From: Alphaproteobacteria bacterium
GTDB taxonomy: Bacteria > Pseudomonadota > Alphaproteobacteria > Micropepsales > Micropepsaceae
Assembly (NCBI GenBank): GCA_052389895.1
Contig: JBQTHM010000006.1
Coordinates: 2,056 to 66,055 of the forward strand
DNA: 64,000 nt
Direction of reading: 5' to 3'
The position numbers and the translations under genes were made by a program. This document shows positions 28,305 to 36,782 of the stretch, piece after piece. A model generated the notes under the pieces. It was not told the origin of the DNA and did no database searches. It worked only from the letters and a program-made list of their open reading frames with translations. Within the stretch, counting starts at the first letter, position 1, and each line of letters starts with the position of its first letter.

Positions 28305-28994
28305 ATGATCGCAAAATACGGAACGTTGCCATTGGCGATTGTCTTCGGTCTCCTGACTGGCGCGGCATTCGCACAGGAGGTGGCGCCAGCCGCTCCCACT
28401 CCAGCCGCTCCTGCTCCAGCCGCGCCTGCTGCGGCCTCGCCAGCTGCGCGTACCGCGCCCGCGCGCGCCACGGCCCAAGGTCAGCAGAATGCCACCGACG
28501 TGCAGACGATCGGGGACTGGACGGTGCGTTGCTTTCCCATCAAGGCGCCGGCGCCCTGCGACATGATCCAGGTTGCCATCAGCAAGGAAAAAAAGCAGAA
28601 AGTCAGCAGCGTCTCGCTTGCCTACGTCCCCAGCCGCGATAATTATGCTCTCCAGGTGGTCGTGCCGCTCGGTGTTTCCTTTGCAGCGGGCCTGACGCTC
28701 TCGTCGGGAGACCGCAAGATTGAAGGCCTCAAATTCCGCCGCTGCCAGAATGACGGCTGTTACGTCGAGACTGGCATGACCCGCGCTGCGGTCGAGGGCC
28801 TTCCAGCCGGAGGCAACAGCGGTGCTATTACGGTTGCGCTCTACCGCGATAACAAGCAGGTGGGACTTCCGCTCTCATTCAATGGCTTCGGTCAGGCGCT
28901 TGCCAAAATGAAGGATCTTGCCCGGGCAAAGGCAGTCGCGACGCCGCCTGCCGCGCCGGCTAGTGCGCCTGCAGCCGCGCCCCCGCAGCAATAG
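28305..28994 (+). CDS. IalB family protein with Pro/Ala-rich linkers
   Basis: Signal peptide MIAKYGTLPLAIVFGLLTGAAFA|QE, a PA-rich stretch, then GDWTVRCFPIKAPAPCDMIQ and RRCQNDGCYVE blocks typical of IalB. Confidence 0.7.
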   Translation: MIAKYGTLPLAIVFGLLTGAAFAQEVAPAAPTPAAPAPAAPAAASPAARTAPARATAQGQQNATDVQTIGDWTVRCFPIKAPAPCDMIQVAISKEKKQKVSSVSLAYVPSRDNYALQVVVPLGVSFAAGLTLSSGDRKIEGLKFRRCQNDGCYVETGMTRAAVEGLPAGGNSGAITVALYRDNKQVGLPLSFNGFGQALAKMKDLARAKAVATPPAAPASAPAAAPPQQ

Positions 28995-29000
28995 CCGGCA

Positions 29001-29990
29001 ATGTTCGCGCTTGCGACGGTGACGAGCACGGGCAGCCCGCCCTTTGTCGTTATGGTCTTGGGGGCGCGCGCGCTGTCTCTGGCGGCTCTCTACGCGCATT
29101 ACTGCCGTGTACGCGCCGAAAGAGCGAAGCGGCTCACGGGCAGCGAAAGCATGCTTGGCCTGTTGCTGGACTGGGATGCCAACTTCGAAACGCTGGCCGA
29201 CATGGCCGCTTTCGCAAAAAACGAAACAATAGGAGACCGCGAAGGCCGCTTCGCGGAGTTGCGAAAGCTGCCGCCGATTCTCGCCCCGGGAAAAATGTTT
29301 TATGCCGCGCAGAATTACAAAGAACACGTCAAGGAAATGCAGGCGGCCAAGTTCGCGAGCGCGAGCAAAGACTTCAGCGGCGAGCGCGACAATGCGAAGC
29401 CTTATGCTTTTCTCCGTGCGCCAAGCACGTTGCTCGGCGCATGCGATGACATTGTTCTTCCCGCCATGTTCGACCGCATTGATTGGGAAGTGGAAATGGC
29501 AGTTGTGATCGGAAGGCGCGGCAAGCACATCGCGGCAAACCGCGCCAAGCAGCACATAGCTGGGTTCATGACCGCGAACGACGTGTCCTGCCGTTCGCTT
29601 TTCCTGCGGGAAGACCGCCCGGCTCTGCGAAGCGATTGGCTGGGTGGCAAGAATCACGACACGTTCGGCCCCATGGGGCCGTTTTTCGTACCTCGCGAGT
29701 TCGTAGCGAATTACATGACTCTGCGCCTGACGCTGTCGGTGAACGGCGAGGTCATGCAGGACGGGCGAACCAGCGAAATGATTTTCGCGCCGGAAGAGCA
29801 GATCGAATATTGCTCGCATTTTATGACGCTCGAGCCCGGCGACGTTTTCGCAACGGGAACACCGAGCGGCGTCGGCACCGCCAGAGGAAAATTCTTAAAG
29901 GCGGGCGATGTCGTGGAAGCGGAGGTCGAGGGCCTCGGACGCCAGCGCAACCGTGTCGTGGCCGAATCTGCTGCCGGCGTTGGCGCTTGA
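29001..29990 (+). CDS. Fumarylacetoacetate hydrolase (FAH) family protein
   Basis: C-terminal FAH fold motifs: IDWEVEMAVVIG and LEPGDVFATGTPSGVG. Confidence 0.8.
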   Translation: MFALATVTSTGSPPFVVMVLGARALSLAALYAHYCRVRAERAKRLTGSESMLGLLLDWDANFETLADMAAFAKNETIGDREGRFAELRKLPPILAPGKMFYAAQNYKEHVKEMQAAKFASASKDFSGERDNAKPYAFLRAPSTLLGACDDIVLPAMFDRIDWEVEMAVVIGRRGKHIAANRAKQHIAGFMTANDVSCRSLFLREDRPALRSDWLGGKNHDTFGPMGPFFVPREFVANYMTLRLTLSVNGEVMQDGRTSEMIFAPEEQIEYCSHFMTLEPGDVFATGTPSGVGTARGKFLKAGDVVEAEVEGLGRQRNRVVAESAAGVGA

Positions 29991-30021
29991 TTGTGGCGCC
30001 GTTACTCCAGCCGGCCCGGCG

Positions 30022-30687
30022 CTAGCGCCGGCCTCGCCTCTTCGACAAGTTGTTGCGCGTGTCCAGCGGCGCGAGATGGTCAAGCTGCGACATGATTTCA
30101 TGAGTCGCGTCGCCCTGGGCACGATCTGCACCGCTGGGTAGCGGCAACGCGCCCTTTCCCTCCAGCGAAGCGATTAGCGCCTTTCTTGCCCGCGCGACGC
30201 GGCTTTTGACCGTTCCCACGGCGCAGTTGCAAATTCTCGCGGCGTCCTCATACGAAAAGCCCCCCGCGCCTACGAGAATAAGGGCTTCACGCTGCTCGTT
30301 TGGCAACTGGCGCAGCGCGCGCGCCGTATCGGAAAGCTGCATTGCCCAGCCCTGGACACTGCCCGGTGCGGGCACGCGCTCGGCTGCGGACTCGTCCCAT
30401 GGCGCCTGGCGCCACGCGCGCCTGCGATCGGAATAGAATTGATTCCTGAGGATCGTGAACAACCAGGCCTTCAAATTCGAACCTGCGCGAAACGTGTCCC
30501 GCGACTGCCATGCTTTCGTCAGCGCTTCCTGCGCAAGGTCGTCGGCCAAGTCGCGGTCGCCGCACAGCGAGCGCGAAAAGGCTCGCAGGAACGGTATGAG
30601 CTCCAGAAGGCCGCGGCGGAATTCCTCGTCCACGTCCCTGAGGGCGCTTTCATGCAGCATCGGTTCTCCCGGTCGGGTAGCGGTCAA
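30022..30687 (-). CDS. ecfG: ECF sigma factor, EcfG type (general stress response)
   Basis: Sigma-70 region 2 (DLAQEALTKAW, FRAGSNLKAWLFTILRN) and region 4 (ICNCAVGTVKSRVARAR). Lies immediately downstream of nepR and divergent from phyR. Confidence 0.85.
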   Translation of the reverse strand: MTATRPGEPMLHESALRDVDEEFRRGLLELIPFLRAFSRSLCGDRDLADDLAQEALTKAWQSRDTFRAGSNLKAWLFTILRNQFYSDRRRAWRQAPWDESAAERVPAPGSVQGWAMQLSDTARALRQLPNEQREALILVGAGGFSYEDAARICNCAVGTVKSRVARARKALIASLEGKGALPLPSGADRAQGDATHEIMSQLDHLAPLDTRNNLSKRRGRR

Positions 30688-30899
30688 CGCGGCTCACCCT
30701 TTGCGGAATCCGTTCCGTTGGACTTATCGATCTGACGAAGCAGGTCGAGGAATTCATCCGGGATGGGCTCACGCACCACCTCGTCGTACATCCTGCGCAA
30801 CTCGCGCCCCAGCGCGCGCTGCCTGGCGCGTACGGCCTGCACCTTACCGGGATCCTTCTTCACTGGCCTGACTTCGCCCTCTTTCAGATTTGCTCTCAC
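30684..30899 (-). CDS. nepR: Anti-sigma factor NepR
   Basis: GTG 30899 is preceded by GGAGG. Contains the NepR signature LGRELRRMYDEVVREPIPDEFLDLLRQID. Its stop overlaps the ecfG start. Confidence 0.8.
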   Translation of the reverse strand: MRANLKEGEVRPVKKDPGKVQAVRARQRALGRELRRMYDEVVREPIPDEFLDLLRQIDKSNGTDSAKGEPR

Positions 30900-30961
30900 G
30901 CTACCTCCGCAACTGGCAGCAAGCTGCCCGGGCAAGGCTAAAAACCGCCGCCCCGAGGGCA

Positions 30962-30986
30962 TACGCGTGAGTTGCCCAAAAGTTCC
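30962..30986 (-). promoter_or_regulatory. EcfG-type promoter motif (GGAAC-N16-CGTA) for nepR-ecfG
   Basis: The minus strand reads GGAAC TTTTGGGCAACTCACG CGTA. The -10 block has one mismatch to CGTT. Confidence 0.5.
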
Positions 30987-30993
30987 CGCCATG

Positions 30994-31018
30994 GGAACCT
31001 TTCCAGACAGGGCACGTT
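30994..31018 (+). promoter_or_regulatory. EcfG-type promoter motif GGAAC-N16-CGTT for phyR
   Basis: GGAAC at 30994-30998 and CGTT at 31015-31018, 28 nt upstream of the phyR ATG. Confidence 0.75.
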
Positions 31019-31045
31019 ACCATACGGGGATCGAGGGTCTTAGCC

Positions 31046-31837
31046 ATGAACGTGACGGAGTCTCTGGCGCCGCACCTGCCCTATTTGCGCCGCTATGCAA
31101 GGGCGCTTACCGGGTCCCAGGCCAGCGGCGACGCCTATGTGCGCGCCGCTCTTACCGCGCTGCTGGCAGGCCGGCAGGAGTTGTTGGAAGAGAGCTCGCC
31201 TAGGCTCGGGCTGTACCGTCTGTTTCACGCTATCTGGTCGAGTTCGGCCGAGCGCTTGGAAGACGAAATCGGTGCCGACCCGGAGGGTGGTCCGGAGGAA
31301 AGGTTGAAAGCGCTTGCCGCGCCGAAACGCGCCGCACTTTTGCTTACCGCCGTTGAAGGTTTCAGCTTGAACGAAGCCGCACACATTCTCGACGTGTCGT
31401 CGGGGGAGGTCGAGCGCGCCATTCTTGAGGCCCAGGCCGAAATCGAGCAGCAGCTCGCTTCGCGTGTCCTTATTATAGAGGACGAGTCCATTATTGCGCT
31501 CGATTTGGAAAATCTGGTCACCGACCTTGGCCATCAAGTAGTCGCAACCGCGACGACCAAGGATGAAGCCGTTGCCGCGGCGCGCCGCCACACGCCAGGG
31601 CTCATACTTGCCGATATCAATCTCGGCGAAGGTGGTTCGGGCATGGAGGCAGTGGCGGAAATCCTGCGCAGTTTCGACGTTCCCGTCATTTTTGTCACTG
31701 CATATCCGGAAAGGCTGCTAACCGGCGAGCGGCCGGAGCCGACCTACCTCGTGACAAAGCCATTCATGCCCGAAACGGTGCAGGCGACGATTGGGCAGGC
31801 GCTATTCTTTCACTCGGCTAACCGCAAGGCGGCCTAA
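31046..31837 (+). CDS. phyR: Anti-anti-sigma response regulator PhyR
   Basis: N-terminal sigma-like domain (LPYLRRYARALTGSQASGDAYV) plus a C-terminal REC domain (VLIIEDESIIALDL...ILADINLGEGGSG). Confidence 0.92.
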   Translation: MNVTESLAPHLPYLRRYARALTGSQASGDAYVRAALTALLAGRQELLEESSPRLGLYRLFHAIWSSSAERLEDEIGADPEGGPEERLKALAAPKRAALLLTAVEGFSLNEAAHILDVSSGEVERAILEAQAEIEQQLASRVLIIEDESIIALDLENLVTDLGHQVVATATTKDEAVAAARRHTPGLILADINLGEGGSGMEAVAEILRSFDVPVIFVTAYPERLLTGERPEPTYLVTKPFMPETVQATIGQALFFHSANRKAA

Positions 31838-31848
31838 AGCGATTCCCG

Positions 31849-31874
31849 GGAACCCGGCCAGCCTGGAACACGTT
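31849..31874 (+). promoter_or_regulatory. EcfG-type promoter motif GGAAC-N17-CGTT
   Basis: GGAAC at 31849-31853 and CGTT at 31871-31874, upstream of the DUF883 gene. Confidence 0.7.
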
Positions 31875-31906
31875 TTGAGTCTAACGTGTTCGAGGCGGAG
31901 TGTGTG

Positions 31907-32218
31907 ATGGCGATAAGGCGAAGGCGCAGCAACGGCGTGGAAGCCCGGCTGGAGGCGCTAAAGGCCGATCTGGAATCGCTTCAGGAAGATATGCGTGGGC
32001 TATTGACCGACGTAAAGGGAATCGCAGCGGACGGCGTTTCAGAGGCGATGCAGACCGCCACTGACGCGGCGACCGACGCGGCTGACCGCGTGCAGGATTG
32101 GGCAACGGACAATGTCGAATCGTTGCGAGATGTTGTGCGCCGGCAACCGCTTGCGGCCTGCGCGCTTTCCATGAGCGCGGGTGCGCTGATCGGCGCGCTT
32201 CTGCTCAGGCGCGGATAA
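31907..32218 (+). CDS. DUF883 (ElaB/YqjD-like) membrane-anchored stress protein
   Basis: Helical N-terminus and C-terminal anchor RRQPLAACALSMSAGALIGALLLRRG. ATG 31907 (GTG 31886 is possible). Confidence 0.7.
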   Translation: MAIRRRRSNGVEARLEALKADLESLQEDMRGLLTDVKGIAADGVSEAMQTATDAATDAADRVQDWATDNVESLRDVVRRQPLAACALSMSAGALIGALLLRRG

Positions 32219-32227
32219 AGGATTCCC

Positions 32228-32566
32228 ATGGGGCCGCAAACGGTCGCGCGCACGCTTGTTGTGCTGGGCGCAATTGCCGTGGTGCTGACCGGGGTCGCCT
32301 TCGGCGGTCTCGCGCTCTATCTGTGGCTTCTCACGGATCTTTCGCCGCCGGCGGCGGCGGCGGCAACCGCGGCGATATTCCTGCTTGTTCCGGCGCTGTA
32401 CGTTTTTGTCATGGCGCTCCGCAACGAAAGCCCCGCCAAAGAAATGCATTCCGACAACGCCGCGCTTTCTGCTCTTGCCGATGTCGCGAAGGACAAGCCG
32501 CTGATCGCGGTGCTGCTTGCCGGTATCATTGGCGCCGCCGAGGTGGTCAGCCACCACAAGAAGTGA
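32228..32566 (+). CDS. YqjE/holin-X-like two-TM membrane protein
   Basis: Two TM helices. Its position directly after the DUF883 gene mirrors the yqjD-yqjE arrangement. Confidence 0.5.
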   Translation: MGPQTVARTLVVLGAIAVVLTGVAFGGLALYLWLLTDLSPPAAAAATAAIFLLVPALYVFVMALRNESPAKEMHSDNAALSALADVAKDKPLIAVLLAGIIGAAEVVSHHKK

Positions 32567-32580
32567 CCCGCGCGCAGTGC

Positions 32581-32606
32581 GGAACCGCAGTCAACATTGG
32601 CGCGTT
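32581..32606 (+). promoter_or_regulatory. EcfG-type promoter motif GGAAC-N17-CGTT
   Basis: GGAAC at 32581-32585 and CGTT at 32603-32606, 19 nt upstream of ATG 32625. Confidence 0.7.
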
Positions 32607-32624
32607 TTGTGACGGAGAATCGCT

Positions 32625-32798
32625 ATGCTCGGATGGGCGCTCACATTTTTCATACTTGCGATAATTGCGGCGTATCTCGGGTTCTTTGGGCTGGCAGGAG
32701 TCGCCGCGACAATCGCGAAGTTTCTGCTGGTCGTTTTCGTCATTCTTCTTGTGGTGAGCGGGCTGATGGGCGCACTGCGCAGCCAACCGCCAACCTGA
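32625..32798 (+). CDS. DUF1328 (UPF0391) small membrane protein, 57 aa
   Basis: Not in the ORF track (below 60 aa). Hand translation: [57 protein letters not shown]. This matches the DUF1328 pattern. Confidence 0.75.
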   Translation: MLGWALTFFILAIIAAYLGFFGLAGVAATIAKFLLVVFVILLVVSGLMGALRSQPPT

Positions 32799-32942
32799 TC
32801 AGGGGGAACCGCTTTCGGCCGGAAGCATTATCATTACTGAGCGGATGGCTGCTTCCGGCTAACGTCACCTTGCCCCCCTCGAGAGCCGGAAGTGGCGGTC
32901 CGCTCTTCCTCTGTCGGCGGCGATTGGCGTGAGGGTAAGGTC

Positions 32943-34148
32943 ATGCTGCTGCGCCCGATATTGCCGCCCGATAATGCCCAAGAGGTTTCCGAGAATACAC
33001 GAAGGGAATTGCTGCGCGGCATGCGCGCCATCCGTGCGTGCGCAATCGGGCTCATAACAATTGCAACCCTCGCTGTCTGCGTAGCAGCTGCCGACATTCT
33101 GGCGCCCACCGCGATCGCCATCATGCTCGCGCTCGTGCTGGCACCGGTGGCGGCGAAGCTCGAGCGGCTTGGGCTCCCCTCCGGCGTTGTAGCGGTTTTC
33201 ACGGTCGCAGTGACGGTAGCCGGGCTGACGATGGCGGCGGCAACCTTCGTGCCTGCCGTGATCGAATGGATGGAGCAGGCGCCCGAAATCGTACGCTCTG
33301 TAGACGAGAAGCTGCGGCCGATAAAACGTCAGCTGCTCGCGGTGGAAAGCGCCTCGCAGCAGATCACGCGTGTTACGCCATCGCCCGAGCCGGGGCCGCC
33401 GGAACAGGTCGGTTCCGTTACGCAGGGCATTCTCACGATGGCGCTCGATACGGCCCCGGGAATTCTTGCGAAGGCTGTTTTCGTCACAATTCTTACGATC
33501 TTTCTTCTGGCCTTCCGCAAGCGCTATACCGAACAGCTCGTATTGACGCCGCGAAGTTTTCTCAATCGGGTGCGCATGGCGCGCATCTGCCGTGATGTGC
33601 GCGTCGGCGTATCGGGTTATCTGGCCACACTCGCACTGCTCAATGTCGGTCTCGCGTGCGTTACGGCACTCGCCTTCATGCTCGCCGGGATTTCGGACGG
33701 CGTCCTGTGGGGCCTCGCGTTTGGCTTGTTGAATTTCATTCCCATCATCGGACCAACGGTGGTCATCCTGGCTTCGGCGCTTGTGGGATTCGCGACGGCG
33801 GACACCATGACCGAAGCGCTGCTTCCCCCTGCCATTCTTCTCGGCATCAACACAATTGAAGCCAATCTGGTGCAGCCTTGGCTGCTTTCCCATCGTATTG
33901 TGGTCAATCCCGTCGTCATTTTCATTACCGTTGCCGCTCTTGTGTGGATGTGGGGCGTTGCGGCGGCGATAACGGCTGTGCCCGCACTCATCCTGTTCCA
34001 CACCGTGGCCAAACACGTGCCTTCATTGCGCCGTGTCGGTGCGCTGCTTGCCGTGGATGGGCGGAACGGCAGAGCCGCGAACGGAAACTCGGACCATGGG
34101 CGCTCATTTGGGATTCTGTGGCGTGAAAAGACGCGAGCCAAAGGATGA
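32943..34148 (+). CDS. AI-2E family transporter (PerM/YhhT-like permease)
   Basis: ATG 32943. Multi-TM protein with the family block GLAFGLLNFIPIIGP. Confidence 0.8.
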   Translation: MLLRPILPPDNAQEVSENTRRELLRGMRAIRACAIGLITIATLAVCVAAADILAPTAIAIMLALVLAPVAAKLERLGLPSGVVAVFTVAVTVAGLTMAAATFVPAVIEWMEQAPEIVRSVDEKLRPIKRQLLAVESASQQITRVTPSPEPGPPEQVGSVTQGILTMALDTAPGILAKAVFVTILTIFLLAFRKRYTEQLVLTPRSFLNRVRMARICRDVRVGVSGYLATLALLNVGLACVTALAFMLAGISDGVLWGLAFGLLNFIPIIGPTVVILASALVGFATADTMTEALLPPAILLGINTIEANLVQPWLLSHRIVVNPVVIFITVAALVWMWGVAAAITAVPALILFHTVAKHVPSLRRVGALLAVDGRNGRAANGNSDHGRSFGILWREKTRAKG

Positions 34149-34184
34149 GAAGGAGAACCGTACGAACTCTGACGGTAGCCCGGT

Positions 34185-34361
34185 TCAGGACCCGAAATAC
34201 ATGAGCAGCAGAATGGTAAAGGCGATCACGCCAAGCGCGAGGCTGAAGCCCAGCACGTAGCGCATCACGCGGAGCGTGTTGGCTTGTCGTGCTTTGGTCG
34301 TTGCAACAACCGGGTGTTCGTTATTGTCCGGCCGGGACTTGTGGGGCGCAGCGTTCGCCAT
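34185..34361 (-). CDS. Tail-anchored small membrane protein (58 aa)
   Basis: The internal ATG 34361 of ORF 34185..34526 lies about 25 nt downstream of an EcfG-type -10 block. Sequence: MANAAPHKSRPDNNEHPVVATTKARQANTLRVMRYVLGFSLALGVIAFTILLLMYFGS. Confidence 0.45.
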   Translation of the reverse strand: MANAAPHKSRPDNNEHPVVATTKARQANTLRVMRYVLGFSLALGVIAFTILLLMYFGS

Positions 34362-34393
34362 TGAAACGTCCGAACTTGAGTTGAACGTATCGG

Positions 34394-34419
34394 AACGCGC
34401 CCATTCGCACATAAGTTCC
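34394..34419 (-). promoter_or_regulatory. EcfG-type promoter motif GGAAC-N17-CGTT (proximal)
   Basis: Plus strand has AACG at 34394-34397 and GTTCC at 34415-34419. Confidence 0.65.
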
Positions 34420-34432
34420 CGCGCTAGTGCGG

Positions 34433-34458
34433 AACGCGCGCGCGCCGACAGGCGTTCC
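34433..34458 (-). promoter_or_regulatory. EcfG-type promoter motif GGAAC-N17-CGTT (distal, tandem)
   Basis: Plus strand has AACG at 34433-34436 and GTTCC at 34454-34458. Confidence 0.55.
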
Positions 34459-34572
34459 CCTGCAGAGATCGCCGGAGACCGGCGCCCCGCTTCGTTTTTC
34501 GTGGCGAGCGATGGCTCTGCCTGCATGAATGGTCAGATGCTGTATCCCAATGAGGCGAGATTGCCGCGCGAC

Positions 34573-34860
34573 TCAGCCATCGGCCTTGTCGTCGCCTTTA
34601 CCGTTTTGCGGGGAAACACGGCCCATCGCCTGCTCCACTTCCATACGCGCCTTGATCACCTGCTCGAGCTGGTTGGGTTCGCCGCCCGACATGTTCTCAT
34701 CCGAAGCAACCAAGAGCGCGCGAGAATCGCGCTCCCACGTGTTCAGAATAGTAAGCCGCTCTTCGTTCGTCAGCCTTCGATCGCGCACGACATCCGCAGG
34801 TTGGCGGTAGAAGCGGCCGGGGTCCGCTTTGGCTTCTTCAATGAATTTTTCCCATTTCAT
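34573..34860 (-). CDS. Hypothetical cytoplasmic protein (95 aa)
   Basis: Clean ORF MKWEKFIEEAKADPGRFYRQPADVV... preceded by an EcfG-type motif. No family recognised. Confidence 0.5.
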   Translation of the reverse strand: MKWEKFIEEAKADPGRFYRQPADVVRDRRLTNEERLTILNTWERDSRALLVASDENMSGGEPNQLEQVIKARMEVEQAMGRVSPQNGKGDDKADG

Positions 34861-34892
34861 AGCGGTGGCCGGACCAGGAGATGTGCGGTGGA

Positions 34893-34918
34893 AACGCGCG
34901 TGCGGCAGCTCGCGTTCC
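34893..34918 (-). promoter_or_regulatory. EcfG-type promoter motif GGAAC-N17-CGTT
   Basis: Plus strand has AACG at 34893-34896 and GTTCC at 34914-34918. The same 26 bp read on the plus strand gives GAAAC-N17-CGTT, facing the Ku remnant. Confidence 0.65.
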
Positions 34919-34944
34919 GGACTGCGTTTTACTAGGAGGCCTCA

Positions 34945-35139
34945 TTGGCAGCACGAAGCCGCCGCAGCAAAGATGACAACGGCAAGGGACGCAAGCAAGC
35001 CCGGCCCGATGGCCGTGAGGGCGGCCTTGGTACGCGGCCAATTTGGCAGAGCCATTTGCGGCTGTCGCTCGTAAGTTGCCCTGTCGTGCTCTACAGCGCC
35101 ACCACGCGCGCCCACGACATTTCATTTCATCTGCTTAAT
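34945..35139 (+). pseudogene. ku: Ku (NHEJ DNA-end-binding protein) N-terminal remnant
   Basis: TTG 34945 is preceded by AGGAGG. Residues 31-65 (nt 35035-35139), RPIWQSHLRLSLVSCPVVLYSATTRAHDISFHLLN, match the conserved Ku N-terminus (W.G.L.LSLV.CPV.LY.A......ISFH..N). Beyond about 35140 the frame is simply antisense to the LigD-Pol 3' end. Confidence 0.6.
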
Positions 35140-36057
35140 CCGCTTGATGGCGGCGCCAAGGGGCGCCGCAGCACGATCGAGGTCTCGCCAGGGATCGCCG
35201 GCTTTCAACCAGATGGAGGCATTGGCGACGTGAAATCGCTTCGGATTCACTCCGGTACGCAATTTGCTCCACTCCAGCGGCATGGCGACGGGCGCGCCCT
35301 CCTTGGCGCGCGGCGAATAGGGGGCAACCGCCGTGGCAAAGTGATCGTTGCGCAAATAATCGAGAAAGATCTTTCCACCCCGCGCCTTCTTGGAAAGGGT
35401 CGTCGTGTACGCGTTTGGGCTGTCCTGCACCATCATCTGGCAGAGAAGTAGGGCGAAGTTTTTCGCTATGTCCCAAGTGAGTAACTGGCCACGTGACGCC
35501 TTTATCGGCGTCGTGACGTGCAGGCCTTTGCCGCCGGTCGTCTTCACAAATGGCTCGAGACCCGCTTGCGCGATGCGCTCACGCAATTCCCTGGCGGCTT
35601 CAACGACGCGATCGAAGGCTACGTCGGGCGCGGGGTCCAGATCGAAAACCAGCCGTCCAGGCGTTTCAGGCCCGTTGGGCTTGCAGCCCCAGGGATGCAG
35701 CTCCAGCACGCCCGCCTGCGCGAGCGCAACCAGCGCCTTTGCAGTGTCGGCCGCGAGAAACGGTTTTTTCTCGCCCGTAACCCTGATCTCGCGAAAATCC
35801 GCCGCGCTTCCCGCCAGCACGTGGCGCTGAAAGAAACGATTGCCGGTGATGCCGTCGGGCGCGCGTACCATGGAAAGCGGGCGTCCCTTGATGTGCAGAA
35901 GAATCCGCTCGGCGAGGCGCTCATAATATTTGGCGAGATCGAGTTTTGTCATGGCAGGTGTATTGCGCGTCTTTGGCCAAAGCTCCTTGCCGGGATTGCT
36001 AAGGCGGACACCCGCGACTGCGGCCGCCTCGTCGTCTAGCTTTCGAACGTGTTTCAA
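35122..36057 (-). CDS. ligD: LigD polymerase/primase domain protein (stand-alone)
   Basis: Motifs VAGVRLSNPGKELWP...TKLDLAKYYERLAERILLHIKGRPLSMVRAPDG and KIFLDYLRN. Only a TTG start (36057), 3 nt after the PE-domain stop. Confidence 0.85.
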   Translation of the reverse strand: MKHVRKLDDEAAAVAGVRLSNPGKELWPKTRNTPAMTKLDLAKYYERLAERILLHIKGRPLSMVRAPDGITGNRFFQRHVLAGSAADFREIRVTGEKKPFLAADTAKALVALAQAGVLELHPWGCKPNGPETPGRLVFDLDPAPDVAFDRVVEAARELRERIAQAGLEPFVKTTGGKGLHVTTPIKASRGQLLTWDIAKNFALLLCQMMVQDSPNAYTTTLSKKARGGKIFLDYLRNDHFATAVAPYSPRAKEGAPVAMPLEWSKLRTGVNPKRFHVANASIWLKAGDPWRDLDRAAAPLGAAIKRIKQMK

Positions 36058-36060
36058 GGG

Positions 36061-36735
36061 TTACCGCACCGCCTGACGTTTGCGCCGGCGAGTCCTTTTT
36101 CTCGTGTGCGCCGACGTCGCTTTCTTGCGTTTCGCCTTCGGTCTCGCGCCAAGCGCAATCTCTTCCAAGGTGCGCCCGGTCTTGATCGACGTATCGGCCG
36201 CCGAAAGTGCATCGGGTTCGCCCGGCATGGCTGCTTCGTCGCGTTCCTTTATCAGCAGCCAGTTGTGCCGCTGCTTGCGGCCGGGCCGGCCATTCTTTTC
36301 GCGCAAGCGGATCAGCATCCACCTTCCCGTGATGCGCTCGCCTTCGAGTTCGAATTTGAGATGTCCCTTTTTCAGATCTTCCGAAGGAGGACGCGGGGAT
36401 TGCGGCCGCCATCTGCCGCGATCCCATAGTTGGACCGTGCCTCCGCCGTATTCGCCTTTGGGAATCGTACCTTCGAATATGCCGTAATCAATCGGATGGT
36501 CTTCCACTTCTACGGCGAGCCTTTTTACGGCGGGGTCGAGAGAAGGCACCTTTGTCACGGCCCAGGACTTGTATACGCCGCCCAGTTCGAGCCGCAGATC
36601 GTAGTGGAGCCGCCGGGCATCATGCCTTTGCACGACGAAGCGCAAAGCTCTGCCTTTGGCGCCAACGATTCTTCCCCGCGGCTCCTTGGTTACACGAAAA
36701 TCACGCTTGGCACGATAAAGGTCGAGTTCACTCAT
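36061..36735 (-). CDS. LigD 3'-phosphoesterase domain protein (stand-alone)
   Basis: Motifs LDLYRAKRDFRVTKEP and RFVVQRHDARRLHYDLRLE. Ends in a basic tail. Confidence 0.85.
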   Translation of the reverse strand: MSELDLYRAKRDFRVTKEPRGRIVGAKGRALRFVVQRHDARRLHYDLRLELGGVYKSWAVTKVPSLDPAVKRLAVEVEDHPIDYGIFEGTIPKGEYGGGTVQLWDRGRWRPQSPRPPSEDLKKGHLKFELEGERITGRWMLIRLREKNGRPGRKQRHNWLLIKERDEAAMPGEPDALSAADTSIKTGRTLEEIALGARPKAKRKKATSAHTRKRTRRRKRQAVR

Positions 36736-36782
36736 CGACGTTCTTGGGCGTGAGTCTAGTGTCTAAAAAGTATGTACATGCA

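Noticed and set aside
32818-32859. Perfect 9-bp stem GCCGGAAGC / GCTTCCGGC with a 24-nt loop between the DUF1328 and AI-2E genes
   Set aside because: There is no U-run after it, so it is not a convincing terminator. It has no known motif and could be fortuitous in GC-rich DNA.
32865-34016. 383-aa minus-strand ORF antisense to the AI-2E transporter gene
   Set aside because: The plus strand encodes a coherent polytopic membrane protein with the LNFIPIIGP block. The antisense product is highly charged, Arg/His-rich and unstructured-looking.
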